The position numbers and the translations under genes were made by a program. 64,000 nt of DNA from the NCBI GenBank assembly GCA_038087875.1, contig CM075985.1, positions 13,702,001 to 13,766,000 of the forward strand, read 5' to 3'. This document shows, piece by piece, positions 25,601 through 39,827 of the stretch. The notes under the pieces were generated by a model that was not told the DNA's origin, searched no databases, and saw only the letters and a program-made list of their open reading frames with translations. Source of the DNA: Malacoraja senta (Eukaryota). Every line of letters starts with the position of its first letter. The stretch's first letter is position 1.

Positions 25601-28060
25601 CCAACAGCTTCCCTACTACTGATATGAGACTCACCAGCTTCCAATTTCCTCGATTATTCTTATTTCTGTTCTTGAACAAATGAACTTTGGTTACTCTCCT
25701 GTTCTCCAGCACTGCCCCTCTCTCAATAACCTGAGATAGATCGCAGCATGCCTTGGGGATTTAGTTCAGTTTTAGTTTAGTTTAGAGATACAGAGCGGAA
25801 ACAGGCCCTTTGGCCCACCGAGTCCGCACCGACCAGCGATCCTCACATTAACACTATCCTACACACACTCAGGACAATTTACATTTACACCACGTCAATT
25901 AACCTACCTAATTGTACATCTTTGGAATGTGGGAGGAAACTGAAGATCTAGGAGAAAACCCACGCGGTCATGGGGAGAACGTACAAACTCAGTACAGACA
26001 TCACCCGTAGTTGGGATCGAACCCGGGTCTCTGGCGCTGCAAGCACTTTTAGGCAGCAACTCTACCATTGCGCCACCTTGGCCGGCCCGTGACTGGGTTG
26101 CTTAACCTTCCTCAGTAAAAGCTCAGGAAAGATTTAGTAGGAAAGAGTTGGAGATTTGCCCATTGGTTGACCTACAAACATATTTCCCTTAACATCAATC
26201 CTTTCATTCAACACAAGATGCTCCATGGGCAATGACCTACCTTTGAGGTCAATTCTCTGCAGGAACTGCAGCAGTCAAAGGGTACGTGGTAAACTCCCGC
26301 TGAATGCAATTTAATATCGATCAGACATTCACTGTCTCAGTTGATTTTGATAGAGGACAAAACTGTCGACCAGACCATTGGATATTACTTCCCTGCTCAT
26401 GATCAAAGTGGTTTCAGGGCAGCATTTGCATCCATCCTTTGGGAGGAATTGACAGAGAGTTTGCTGAGAGCAAAGAGAAGTCCTGCCAAGCTGATGGGAG
26501 TGTTGGTGGAGGGGAACTGTTTGTTTCTTTGTTCCAGGAAGAAACCGAGGGCCTGAGGACTAGGGCTTTCCTGATGGGGGATGAAGTGGACAGATACTGC
26601 AGAATGACAAAATAGTGAAGATGAGTTGGTTGGGACCAGGGAAATGGAAGTTATTAAATTGATGGAGGGCATATGAGCTGTCCCAGGTGTGATTGGGAAA
26701 GGAATGGACAAGAGGATTGAGGATAACTTTATCCACTTTAGACAGCATTATCTCCTTGTTGATCTCAAAATGACCCAGCATATTAGTGTACCCCATACTG
26801 ATCTCACTATCCTTCATGTGTAGGGAGTGAACTGCAGATGCTGGTTTAAACCAAAGATAGACACAAAAAGCTGGAGTAACTCAGCAGGATAGGCAGCATC
26901 TCTGGAGAGAAGGAACGGGTGGCGTTTCGGGTCAAGACCCTTCTTCAGAAACGTCACCCATTCCTTCTCTCCAGAGATGCTGCCTATGCCGCTGAGTTAC
27001 TCCAGCTTTGTGTGTCTACCTCGCTATCCTTCATGTTCTTCTCCTTGGTGAAAACAGATCCAAAGTACTTGTGTAGTACCTCAACTTCATTATTTCATTC
27101 CAAACATAAATGACATCTATCCTTGAGTGGTTCTACCATCTCCCTAGTTACCCTCTTGTTTTTATTGTATGTATAAAAAGCCTTGGGAACCTCTTTAACC
27201 CAATGACATTTCATGGCCCTTTCTGGCCTTCCCAATTTCCTGTTTGGGTTTTTCCTGCATTCTTTATATTCCTCAAAGAGCCTATCTGATTTCATTTTCT
27301 TAAACATTACATATGCTTCCTTTTTCTCTTTGACCACATTTATAACCTCTCTCATCATCCAAGATTTCCATACCTTGCATTCCTTGTTCTATCTCCATAC
27401 TAGAACATGCCTGTCCTGAACTCTGATTAGCTGGTCTTTAAATAACTTCCACCTGTCAGATGTGTACTCACCCAATGACAGCTGCTTTCAGTTTAGTTTA
27501 GTTTATTGTCACGTGTACCGAGGTACAGTGAAAACCTTTTGTTGTGTGCTATCCCATCAGCAGAAAGACAATACATGATTACAATCGAGCCATTACAGAG
27601 TAGAGATACATGATAAGGGAATAACATTTAGTGCAAGGTTAAGCCAGCAAAGTCCGATCTAGGATAGTTCGAGGGTCACCAATGAGGTAGATAGTAGTTC
27701 AGCACTGCTCTCTGGTTGTGGTAGGATGATTCAGTTGCCTGCAATTTACCCTTCCCAGCTCCTGTCTAGTAAGACTGTAATTTCCCCATCCCCAATTTTG
27801 TACTTTCTCCCCTAAGGTACATACTCATCCGTACACATAAAACTATTTTGAAACTTACGGAGTTGTCAACACTGTTCCTAAAATGCTCTTCCACTGAAAT
27901 GCCTTCAGTTAGCTGGCCAGGCTTGTTTCCCAATACAAATTCCAATATGGGTTCCTCTTATCGTTGGACTATCCACATACTGTTTCAGGAAACCTTCTTG
28001 CATACACCTAAGAAATTCTGCCTCGCTTCCTTTAATTTCCTTAATATCCAGATATCTATC

Positions 28061-28902
28061 CATCATGGTTGGATGAATCACAGATGGGGACAAGTCAGAG
28101 TATAGAAGTGAGATCGACCAACTGACCAAATGGTGCCAGCACAACAACCTGGCTCTCAACATCAGTAAGACCAAGGAACTGATTGTGGTCTTTAGTAGGG
28201 GAAAGATGAGGACCAACAACCCTGTTTATATCAACGGGACAATGGTGGAGAGGGTCAATAACTTCAAATTCGTGGGCGTGCACATATCAGAAGATCTTTC
28301 CTGGACCCAGCACACCGATGCAATTGTAAAGAAGGCACATCAGCGACTCTACTTCCTGAGAAGATTACGGAGATTCGACATGTCGAATAGGATTCTCCTA
28401 AACTTCTACAGGTGCACGGTAGAGAGCATTCTGACTGGTTGCATCGTGGCCTGGTTCGGCAACTTGAACGTCCAGGAGCGAAAAAGACTACAAAAAGTTG
28501 TGACCACTCCCCAGTCCATCACTGGCTTTGACCTCCCCACCACCGAAGGGATCTATCATGTTCGCTGCCTCAAAAGGGCAGCCAAAATCCCACACCAGGA
28601 CCCACACCATCCTGGCCACACACTTATCTCACCACTGCCATCAGGAAGAAGGTACAGGAGCCTGAAGACTGCAACGTCCAGGTTCAGGAACAGCTCCTTC
28701 CCCACAGCCATCAGGATATTAAACACAACGAATAAGCTATGAGCTCTGAGCTGCAAGAGACTATATTATGATTTGTTATTTATTGAACTTTTTCTTTTTT
28801 TTCCGCATTATATACAATGTTTACATATTCTTTGTGCTGCAGCAAGTACAAATTTCATTGTCCTGTCCTGGACATATGGCAATAAAACACTCTCGACTCT
28901 TG
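28061..28902 (+). mobile_element. Rex1/Babar-type LINE 3' portion (RT C-terminus)
   Basis: ORF 28185-28742: FKFVGVHISEDLSW..KKAHQRLYFLRRLRRF..YRCTVESILTGCIVAWFG..LPSGRRYRS..RFRNSSFP. 3' UTR with AATAAA. Confidence 0.85.
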
Positions 28903-29071
28903 ATCACTGATGTGAATTAACTTAATAACTGAGCATTCACAGCCCCCTGGGATAGAGAATTCCAAAGATTAATCACTTGGAAATAAAAAAATCCCTTTGT
29001 TTCTCAGTCCTCAATGGCTTACTCCTTACAGTAAGACCCTGACCCCCAGTTCCGCAGGAGAATTGCCAAAG

Positions 29072-29800
29072 GTCTGTCTGTCTTTTCTTCTTTTGTTATT
29101 TTTAGTGTATTTTAAAAGTATGTGTTAATGTTCTCTGGTTTGTTTTATGTGGGGGCTGGGGGAGGGGGTTAGGGGAAACTTTTTTCCCAATCTCTTACCT
29201 TGCCGGAGATGCGATTGTTTTCCAGATCGTATCTCCGATTGCTCTGCGGCCGAACATCATGGAGCTGGCAGCCTTGCTCGAGACAGACTTTGAGCCCATC
29301 GCGGGGCCACGGACTTACCATCAGAGCCTGCAATCCCTTGCCTGGGATCGATACTCCAACCGCGGTCTGCGGATTTCAACATTGAGGAGCTCGCAGTCTC
29401 GGGTAGAGACTGATGGCCGGAAGCTCCAAAGTCGCAAGAGGTTCGACCAGTCCCGACCCGGAGTCCGATCGCCTGGTGCCAGGAGCCGAGATCCCCCCAA
29501 TTCCGGAGCTTGATCGCCCCAACGCAGAGGGCCCGACCACTGGATACGGTAGCCAAGATCGTCCCATCAACGGAAGACTCGAGGCCCCCAACCGCAGGAG
29601 AACAAAGAAAGGAAGAGATTGAACTTTTTTTTCGCCTTCCATCACAGTGAGGAATGTATAGGAGTCACTGTGGTGGATGCTTATGTTAAAATGTATTTTG
29701 TGTGTCTTGTTGCTTTTTGTTGGTATTACTGCATGGCAAATCAAATTCCTCGTATGTTGCAAAACATACTTGGCTAATAAAGTAAGATTATGATGATTAT
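29072..29800 (+). mobile_element. About 720-bp non-autonomous retroelement; copies at 42555-43296 (+) and 59046-59775 (-)
   Basis: Three alignable copies. T-rich head, CpG-rich core, shared 3' end AAATTCCTCGTATGTTGCAAAACATACTTGGCTAATAAA and a short-repeat tail. Confidence 0.75.
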
Positions 29801-32800
29801 GAATATGAAATAGATTGGGAAAAGCAGAATTGCTCAAGCCAGAGAATAACAATGTTATCAATGTATTTAATATTGTTGTCTACAGAAATATTTTTCTAGA
29901 CCCAAGAAAAGAGCAGGTAATGAGTAATATGGTGGAGTTTAATTATATAAAGCAGGAAACAAAGTGCTGGAGCAACACAGCAGGTCTATTGCATTTGTGG
30001 AAGGAAATGAATAGATGACGTTGAGGTTGGGACCCTTCTTCAGAGTTATGAAGCAGGGGGAAAAGCTGGAAAGAGGTAGGGCAGGGGCAGAGCATGATAA
30101 GACTGACTTGCTAGATTCTGCTCTAGCCTTACTTTTTCCCCCCCCAGTTTTTTTCGCATCTAGTCTATGTCTGAAGAAGGGTCCCAACTGAAACATCATC
30201 TGTCATTCCCTCTACAGATGTTGCCTGCCCCGCTGTTCTTCCAGCACTTTTTTTCCCTCAGGTTCCAGCATCTTCAAACTCTTTCGTCTCCAGACGTTGA
30301 TAATAACCTGACAGATTTTATTATGGACTCTAATTCATTGTTAGCTTCGTAAAGTAAAAATGTAACAGTTATTATTAAGATTCTACATGTTTGTAAAACA
30401 ATTTTAATGCACGAGTGCATGATTTATGGCAATAAATTGGGGACATTTTTTTTTCTGTGAAATATCCTAAACAGTGTGGTGTACAAAATAGAATTGTCAA
30501 ACAGACACCTGCTGCACACTTGGAAGTGGAAAGAGTTCAATTTAGTAATTAAAGCAGTCATGATTAACAAAAGAGCATGGAAACCACAAATGACTGGACT
30601 GAAATTTGTAAAGAATAGTTTAGTCCATGTTGATTCTGAAAGAACTGTAAAGAAAAATAAAGAAACCGTAGTGAGAAGTAGAATGAGTAATATACATAGA
30701 AAGTTAGCATCAAGATTAACATGAAAAGTATTCTCAATTATGTTTGAAGAAAATGTTTGATGTTTCTAAACAGAGATGGTTAATGCTGCAAATTAAACTC
30801 ATGATATGGTAGACTTCTGAACTGGTACTTTAGTCTTCATAGCAGAGGAGAACTGCTGCCAATTTCCACCCTGCTTTCACCTTCTCATCATCGATCTCTG
30901 ACTTTTCCTTTTTCTTTCTGAATCATTCTATGTCTATCTCAGGGGATTGACATTGCAAATATCCATTACAAGCCACAGATTATTGTGTTTTCCTACACCT
31001 ACCGTGACTGTACTTCCGCCCATGTTGCTTCCTAAAAGGATTCCATTACAATCTCCCAGTTCCTTTGTCTCATTGCATTCACTTTGATGATGAGACATTC
31101 CTCCAAGTTGCCTTCAAAATGCCTTCAGGAACCGTGGCTTCCTTTTTCCCATGGTGGACAGAGCCTTTGACTGCATCTTATCTGTTTCCCATACATCTGC
31201 TCTCGTCCCCTCATCTGGTGCAGGTGAGGGGACGAGAGCACAAGGCCAACAGCACAAGCTTGAAGAACAACGCTTTACATTCCATCCGGGCACACTGCAG
31301 CTTTCATACTTAATATCAAATTTTCCAACTTTAGGTAACTTGCTCCTTCTTGGCTACTAAAAACTACCTTGTTTTCTCTCTTTCCCGGTTAGGACGAAGG
31401 GTCTAGGACTTGAAACATAATATCTGTTTATCTTTCCATAGATGCTGTCTGATCGGCCGAGTACTTCCTGCAGATTCTGGGTTTATTTTAGATTTTCAGC
31501 AGCTATAGATTTACTTCTGATTTTTGTACATAACTGATGTGAGCCACATATCCAGTTTTGCTTACATATCTTTTCAGGCACAATATAATTTCCAGGCCAT
31601 CGTTCTATTCTTTAAGAAAATCTTTTCCAACATACCTTGCGTCTGACAAAAGATCTGAGAAATTAAATTGCAATATATATTTTAGATAGCTTGATTATTT
31701 ATGTTGTAGAAAATATTGCTGACACTTGAATTGGCAAGGCACTTCATCATACCTGGGAGTAGACCAATGGAAATGTACATATTTAGCGCGGCTTAGGAGG
31801 AAAGACATATTTAAATCAGCTTTTGTTCTTGTCATAAATAAAACAGAAAATATGGCCAACTCCTGGTAAATGCTGGAAGACTGAAATAAAATCAAAAACT
31901 GTTAGAAATACATAGATTAACCACTATCTGAAATACAGCTTTATTAGGAACGGTTTGGCAGAAGGGTTCTTATGAGGCTTACACTGTTTATTTACAGTAT
32001 ATCTTTTTAATCATTTTTGTTACTTTTATATTTGTATTTCAGAGACATAACATTTTCATTGATCAATAAGGCTGATTGGTTCAAAGATCTTGCAGGCTGA
32101 ATTTGACAGCCTCCAGAAATAGCCATTACTGAAGCACTTGCAGTTGAGCCCATGCCACAGCATGGATAAAACCACCAAAGCTGAGAGTGTTATATCCAAA
32201 CCTTTTTCTCACGTCCCATTTTTCTTCAACCCAAACTTTCTTGTGATTTACAAGCTGCAGCCAATATTAGCATCAATCTCTTTCATCTCCCTCCCTGAAC
32301 AATTATGTTACCCTGGTTCCCTTTTTTTTCATTTTAGGTACTAAAAAATAACTTAACCACATAGTGGAGGAATATCAAGACAGTGACAATGAAAATTGTT
32401 TCACCAAATTTCACACTCAGACCCATCAGCTCAGACACCATTACCGAACATCGTTTTGAGGACAGTTTAAAAATTGGATTGGCATGTTCGTGACACAAGA
32501 CTTGAATTACCTGCAGCCTACAGCAAAACATAGAAAATTCAGTGCCAAGTTCCTTAAGATTGCAGGACAGTAGAGAAGCAGGCTACCATGTTAATTTTCT
32601 ATTTGTCACTTCAAATTATAGAACTTTACATTTTAGTTTAGTTCTAGTTTTAGAGATACAAGATGGAAACAGGTCTTTCGACCCACTGAGTCCATGCTGA
32701 CCATCAATCACCCATTCACACTAGTGGTATGTTATCTTACCTTTCTCACCCACTTCCTTCACACGGGTCAATTTGCAAAGTCCAATTAACCTTCTGTAGC

Positions 32801-35800
32801 AATAAATTCCACAGATTCACCATACTCTGACTAAAGAAATTCCTCCTTGTTTCCTTTCTAAAGGTACGTCCTTTTATTCTGAGGCTTTGGCCTCTGGTCC
32901 TAGACTCTCCCACTAGTGGGAACATCCTCTCCACATCTGCTCTATCCAATCCTCTCATTATTTGGTAAGTTTCTATGAGGTCCCACCTCATCCTTCTAAA
33001 TTCCAGCCATCAAACGCTCATCATATGTTAACCTAATCATCCCTGGGATCATTCTTGTAAACTTCCTCTAGACCCTCTCCAATGCCAGCACATCCTTCCT
33101 CAGATATGGGGCCCAGAACTGCTCACATTACTCCAAATGCGGTCTGACCAGTGCCTTATAACGCCTCAGCATTACATCCCTGTTTTTATATTCTAGTCCT
33201 CTCGAAATAAATGCTAGCATTGCAATTGCTTTCCTTAATACCGATTCGACTTGCAAATTAACTTTTTGGAAATCATACACATCCACTGACTTTCCTTTGT
33301 CTATCCTGCTATTTACTTCCTCAAAGAATTCCAACAGGTTCTTCAGGCAAGATCTCCCTTTCACAAACCATGCTGACTTTGGAATATATTTTCATGAGCC
33401 TTTAAGTACTCATAAACCTCATCCTTTATAATGGACTCTAAAAATGTGACATGCTTCTGCCCCCACTAATATTTTAGGCAATGAGTTCAGGACCGCACCA
33501 CTTTTTTGGTGTAAATATTTGTCTTAATTCCTCTTTAATTTTTCTATTATCTACTTTAATTTTATATACCCTGGGCATAGACCAGTCTGCCAAAGGAAAT
33601 AAACCTCCCTTTGTTCTTCATGTGGAGCCTCATATAATTTTACCCTTGATTAAATTTCCCGTGCCACCTGAATTTCAAAGAAAATAACTCCAGACTCCAT
33701 AAATACCATTTTTCATCTGGCAATATCTTGTAAATCCCCTCTGTATTTTCACCATTACAACTATCCTATGATGTGGTGACCAAACTCCATACAGTTATCA
33801 TGTCATAAGTGATAGGAGCAGAATTAGGCTATTCGGCCCATCAAGTCTGCTCCGCTATTCAATCATGACTGATCTATCTCTCCCTCCTAAACCCATTTCC
33901 TGCCTTCTCCCCATAACCCCTGACACCCATACTGATCAAGAATCTATCTATCTCTACGTTAAAAATATCCACAACCTTCTGTGACAAAGAATTCCATAGT
34001 TCTACCATGATCACTCTGCACTCACATTCTCTATCGCAACCCATAGAGGCAAGTGTTCTAACCACTTCAATAAAAGATGGAAACACCCAGCAAGTCATGC
34101 AGCATCTGTGGAAAGATAAAAAGAGTTAATGTTTCAGGTTAAAGAAATATAACCTGAAATATTTATTTCATCAGAAATAAGATGTTAAGGAAACAAGTTG
34201 GCTTTAAGCTGCAGAGAGGCTGGCGAGGAGAAAATAGGACAGAGAATATCTCTGATAGATAGAGCTAGGTGATTCCACTGTTTAGGGAGCTATCTAGTTG
34301 ATTGATTAATTTATACAAGTTAAAGAAAAAGAAAACAAAAATACTTGTAATTGCTGTGATATGCACGCTGGAGCTATTGCTGAAACCAAATGGAGAATGT
34401 TTGAATAGTCAACAGATCGGACGCTGTCTGTGAAGAGATAAAACATTTAATAATATTACCTTACATGGATAAACTTACAGCAGAACTGCCAAATTTGACA
34501 TTAGCAGAATGAGGAAATTTAATGAAATTGGTGAATTCAAAATTGAGTCCAAAGGCTACATACAACATGTCCAGAAGGAAGATGAAATGTATTTCCAAAG
34601 CGTATGCAAGACCTCATTAGAACGATTGGAGATGTGGAGTTGGATGGAGCTCTCAGGTTGAGGCAGGGTGTAACTGCACTGATACTTGTACGTCATTCTA
34701 TTTACTGAATTTTGCGGCAGCAAAAATCTAATGTAGTTTAGTCAAGGTGAAACTCCTGATTTCAGTAGCTGTGCTATGGCAAGGTAAGATAAGTTCCCTC
34801 AGTATATTATCATATCTACCCAATCCATCCAGACATTTCAATTGATTGAAAAATATCAGAACGACCAGACAAAAGCAACAAATGCACTGCTGGAAGTTGT
34901 TATTTTGCAGGCTAATAACATAACAATGCATGTAGAAGTTCAAGGCCATCATCATCCATAGTAGCATGACCAGTACCAATCCACCACCACAATTTTTTGT
35001 CATTAATACAAAGCACATAGTAGAAGAAAAATGACAATTTTATTGAATTTAATATAATTTTCTTATGTTTTTATTCCTCTAGAAAGCAGACCGTATTCCT
35101 TAGGAAATTTAATTTTCTGGAGAGGATCTATAGGCATGTTTTTCAGAGTTATTGTATTTGTTCAATGGCACCAGATAACAGTTATTTGAAATAGCCCTCC
35201 ATTCTCAATGTTGACATGTATCTCCTGTACATCAGTACCTTTTATGTTTAGTTTTGTTATTCTTTTGCTGCAGGTCCTTTGTCCCCCTGGCCTCTTCAAA
35301 CTCACATTTTATTGGATGGCAAAATACAACTGCTGGTGCTAATGGACTGGATTATGAATCCTGGAATGAAGAGCATCGCCTCGACAGAAGTGAATCAGAT
35401 TTTTACATCTACAATTCAAAGGCATTGTCCCCAATAAATATAATGGTGAACAGGCCTTACTGCAATTACACTCTACTGCTTTGTAGGAATTCCAATTTAG
35501 GAAATTCAGCTGTGAATTCTAAAGGCAAATTTTGAATCCACGAAGGGTCTCGACCTGAAACATCACCTATTCCTTTTCTCCAGAGATGCTGTCTGATCCG
35601 CGGAGTTACTCCAGTATGCATCTAGATTGACAAATGGAAACCTGATAACCAAGAATGATTCACTAAACACTTGAAAAATATTACTGCAACAAGTTTCACA
35701 CTTTCCACCAAGTGTCAGAGGGGCCATACCAAATGCAACCATTACACTGCTAGAAGTCGGTATATTGCAGAATTATAATATAATGAATCATATAATATAT

Positions 35801-38480
35801 GCAGAAATTCAAGGCACTTTCTTCATGCTGAAAATCTTACAAATTATTTTTGTAGTTACTTGCTCATCTTATGCAAGTATGACAATATAAAAATCATGCA
35901 GAATCAAAGCTTAACACAGATATGCCTTGATGGCAAGGTAAAGATCTCAATTCTTGACACTGTCCACACCATAGACTCCCAAAAGTGGCCCAACTGTCGC
36001 CACCTCTTATGATCAGGCATTTCATCTTGCAGCTATAACAAACAGCTGCCCACCCATAGAAGATAATTATTGAAACAATTAATCAGTGTAGGTTAGTATA
36101 GTAACATAATTAGTCACAGAACTCTAGCCGAATGATATCATGAGGAACCTCATCTACTTAACCATTTCCTACTCGAGCAATGTGATTCAAACCAGATCCA
36201 AAACGTATTGTAAATTGTTCAGTTCTCTGCAATGTACCAAAATAGATGTCCACTCCTGAATATTTACAGGTTAGGACTCACTGAATTCTCAATGATAGCT
36301 TTGATAATCTGGTGTCAGAGTCAGGCAGCTTCATGATAGTCAAGGGGACTACAGATGAATGATTATCCAGCCTCGTTATTAAGGAGACCCAAGATAGTAA
36401 ATCTGCATCTTTAGTCCCAATGGCCTTATGTATATGTATGTACATTCATATACCTTCACAGGAATTATATTTCATATTCAACATTTATCTAAAGTTAAAT
36501 GAAGATAATTTGCCTTCAGCATCATTAAAAGTAACATACACAAGATAGCTTGTAAAGTCCCAAGCACTTGTTTGTTCTAAAAATCCTGGATGCCAAGCAT
36601 AATGCATTTCATTATTTCTTAAATATATCATTTATCTAAATGTCTGTGTAAAAATAATTTTATATTAAAATTATATGCCTGTACCAAATTATAATGACCA
36701 AATAACTAGGTAATCTAACCTTGCCTTATCCTGCTCTATATTCCAAACAGTACTTAACTTTCATTTCAGCAAGATATTGAACAGAAAGATTTTGCTTTTA
36801 ATTACTGGATGCTGCTAAAGTGATTGCATTATTTAAAAAAAATGATCTAATCCAGTTGCAGATCTCAAACTTGTTGAATATTTAGCACAATAATCTTTCA
36901 CCTGTAAACAACATTTGTAATATTGTGAGAATACCAACGATCTTACATAAGGAAAGAAGTTTCATTTGTTAAATATGCTGGAATACTAGCAGAATACAAA
37001 GCTATTTCAGACACATGTGGGACACTATAAATCTGTTTTATTAAAACAGTATAGCAGTATATAAATATGGTGGATTTATGATTAGATCAGTGCTCTATCC
37101 CAGGTTAGTGGAAAGTCCATTACATTATTTGCAATTCACGCATTTTTTCCAGTTGTTTAATTTTCACTTTTTAAACTTTTAAACATAGTGACTACTGCTG
37201 GGAACCAACCATAATTTCATAATGAAATCTTCAAAACTAAGTAACTGTTAAATCGCTGAATCTTTACTTACAAAGCATCGCAGAAAAATAACAATCCTCT
37301 CCATTCCTCATCGTATTAAATGGGGCACTTTTCAAACGTGTTGTTTGTGGATTCAGAACTACTACCTTTCTACATATATTCCACTGACATTGTAAATTCC
37401 TTATCATACACGAATCAGTGCACAAAAGTCAATGTTTCAGTTCATGTCAGGTACAACAGATCACCTGGTTTCATGAACCACATTGCCTTCTCATTATAGA
37501 ACACGCTAATTGATCGGCATATGACTATCTTTACACTTGACTCAAAAATATAATGTTGCAATAAAAAAGTAATAAATTATCAAATAAACGTTTAAAAATC
37601 ATATACCAACTATTTAGATCAAAGCAGTTGCACCAAATGAATATTTCACAACACATAAAAATCTTAGGTACAAATCATGTTTACTATAGATGCAACATGT
37701 TATAAACTTGAAAAGATCGAACAAATTAATGCGTTAGCAAGTTAAATTGTTAGAAAATTTGTTTCCAGGGTCTCCTAACTCGTAATACATAATAAACTCA
37801 GTCGCTAAAGTTCCCCTTGTCAGTACAAAGTATCCTTGTTTTTAATGCAGCCTATAGCTACAGATAGGTAAGCTTGAAATTGAAACGTGTTATCCACGGA
37901 TTACCCAATAGTCAAATGTCATTCGAGGCATCGGAATTTTAAAATATGAAATTGATCAAAATGTACATTATAATCGATTATTAAAAACGATGACAGCAAT
38001 GCTATTATTTTAATTTGAAATGTATTGAAACTCACATGAAGAGAGCAAAAAAGAGCGCTTCTATATGTTGATGAAGACCCAGAACTGGAAATAAGGAGGA
38101 AATGTCCTCTGCAGTCGCCCAAATATATATGATTGTAACAATAAAAAAATAAAATGTATTGTGATACACCAAGATGAGACCGTTGCTTAAAACATCAACA
38201 TCTTAAATGTCTTCATCTGTTTTAAGATTCACCATCTATTTACTCGATCACTTTCCCAGCTATCTTTCCTTTTATCGGTTACTGTATGTGTGTTAAAGTT
38301 TTGAATACAGACAAAATACCTGGCTGGGATAAGAAATGATTATATTTCGAAAGGAAACTGCCGCTGCGGAGATTTGCAATTTATGCCAGGAATTGACCTT
38401 AAAAAAATCTTTGCAATGTCCAATACGCCTGACTGAGGGTCTGGGCAATTCAGTGCTGAATGCTCTGCGTGTTCACTCAC

Positions 38481-38882
38481 CAGATGTAAGTTGCACCCAT
38501 CCGCAGATTTTGTAGACGGTGGCCGTATTACAGAAGAAGAAGAGAACGAAGCATGCGATGCAGCCCATGATGAGCGCCATGGACGTGGCGATGAAGAAAG
38601 AGGCGGCTTTGAAAGCCCCGGACGCAATGGTGGAAAAGTCAGTGAAGCTACCGCGACAGGTCAACTCCCGAGAGAGCCCGTTCCCGATGCAGTAATGAAA
38701 GAGTCCGAAGTAACCGGCTTGGGGGTGTCCACGCCATCCCCGATCCAATAAGGCTGGATGAAGCACACCACATTCACTATTGCAAAACAAATGGTGAAAA
38801 TAGCCCACAGTACACCGATCGCTCTTGAGTTCCTCACATAATTAGTGTGATAAATTTTAGCTGCCTCCTGAGCTGGCAACAT
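38481..38882 (-). CDS. LHFPL3: LHFPL tetraspan subfamily member 3, coding exon 1; apparent 1-bp deletion at G5 38721-38725
   Basis: [54 protein letters not shown] continues in another frame as [43 protein letters not shown]...[20 protein letters not shown]. It ends at a phase-1 donor TCTG|GTGAGT (38481/38480). Divergent from ORC5, as in human. Confidence 0.93.
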
Positions 38883-39827
38883 TCTGCTATTCGATATCGC
38901 CACCCCAACTCGGCAAAGATGATCTTCAATCTTCGCAGAAAAAAATACCTTCCGATGCAGAATATGTCGTCTGATATTGTCTTGAATCTGACATTATTCT
39001 GGAGTTACGATTCCAGGCTGTGATTTTAACCTCTCATTCCGATCTTCTTTTTGTCAGACTGATTATCTTTCCTTCCCACCGCTCATAGAGTGGAGATGCA
39101 GAGTGCGTGGATCAGCGACGCATACCTCACCCTGGTCGCGACTCAGTTCATACTCCGGTGCTGAAGAATTATTGGAGCATGGAGAACAGTCTTTAGCTTG
39201 CGAGCTGCAAAAGCCCCTGACACCAAGGACGGTATGAAACGGTTACCCGAACACCACATCCCACAAGCACGAATTACCAAGCGCGCTGTATGTTGGGACA
39301 TGTAGTTCTTGCTAAAAAAAAAGAAAATAGAATGATCACCGACCATTGTAAGACATTGCAATAATAATTACAAATACATTTCTAGCAACATATTACAACA
39401 TCAAGCAGTTGCCAATGAGCTTACGCTGCAGCATCATCAATCAAGGTTCTCCTATCCAATCCAGTTCTACACCGTGATCCAATCTAGCTCTTATGTTCAT
39501 TAACAGTATTTGGTATATGTGACTATTCCTACCTTATTACATCCATACCAATGTTCTTCCAATGCCATGTCTGAGTGTCCTATGATCTGAAAATGAAACA
39601 GACTATGAATCATTTGCCTCAAGGACACACCAAAGCACTTCACTGGAGGTAAAAAAAAAGAAAACAGCAAATGAAAATAGTAGATCAGAGTATAAACACC
39701 CACGTTTCCACAAAGAGCAAAAGACAAACTTCTGGAGGAGAACGCAGCGAGTCGAGCAGCACCTGTAGGAGGGGGGGGGGGGGGGGGGGATTGTCAACGT
39801 TTTCGGTTGACAAAGACACCTAATGTA

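Noticed and set aside
35254-35535. 93-aa ORF preceded by a good splice acceptor (possible nested antisense exon)
   Set aside because: No recognisable homology and no convincing partner exons.
4204-38480. LHFPL3 exon 2 (expected GCMIFPDGWD..CG..Y..G.C..RWAY)
   Set aside because: Not seen in the ORF track or by eye; presumably beyond the left edge of the window.
38481-38882. LHFPL3 as a pseudogene
   Set aside because: The single lesion is in a homopolymer, with strong protein conservation and an intact splice site, so a sequencing error is more likely.
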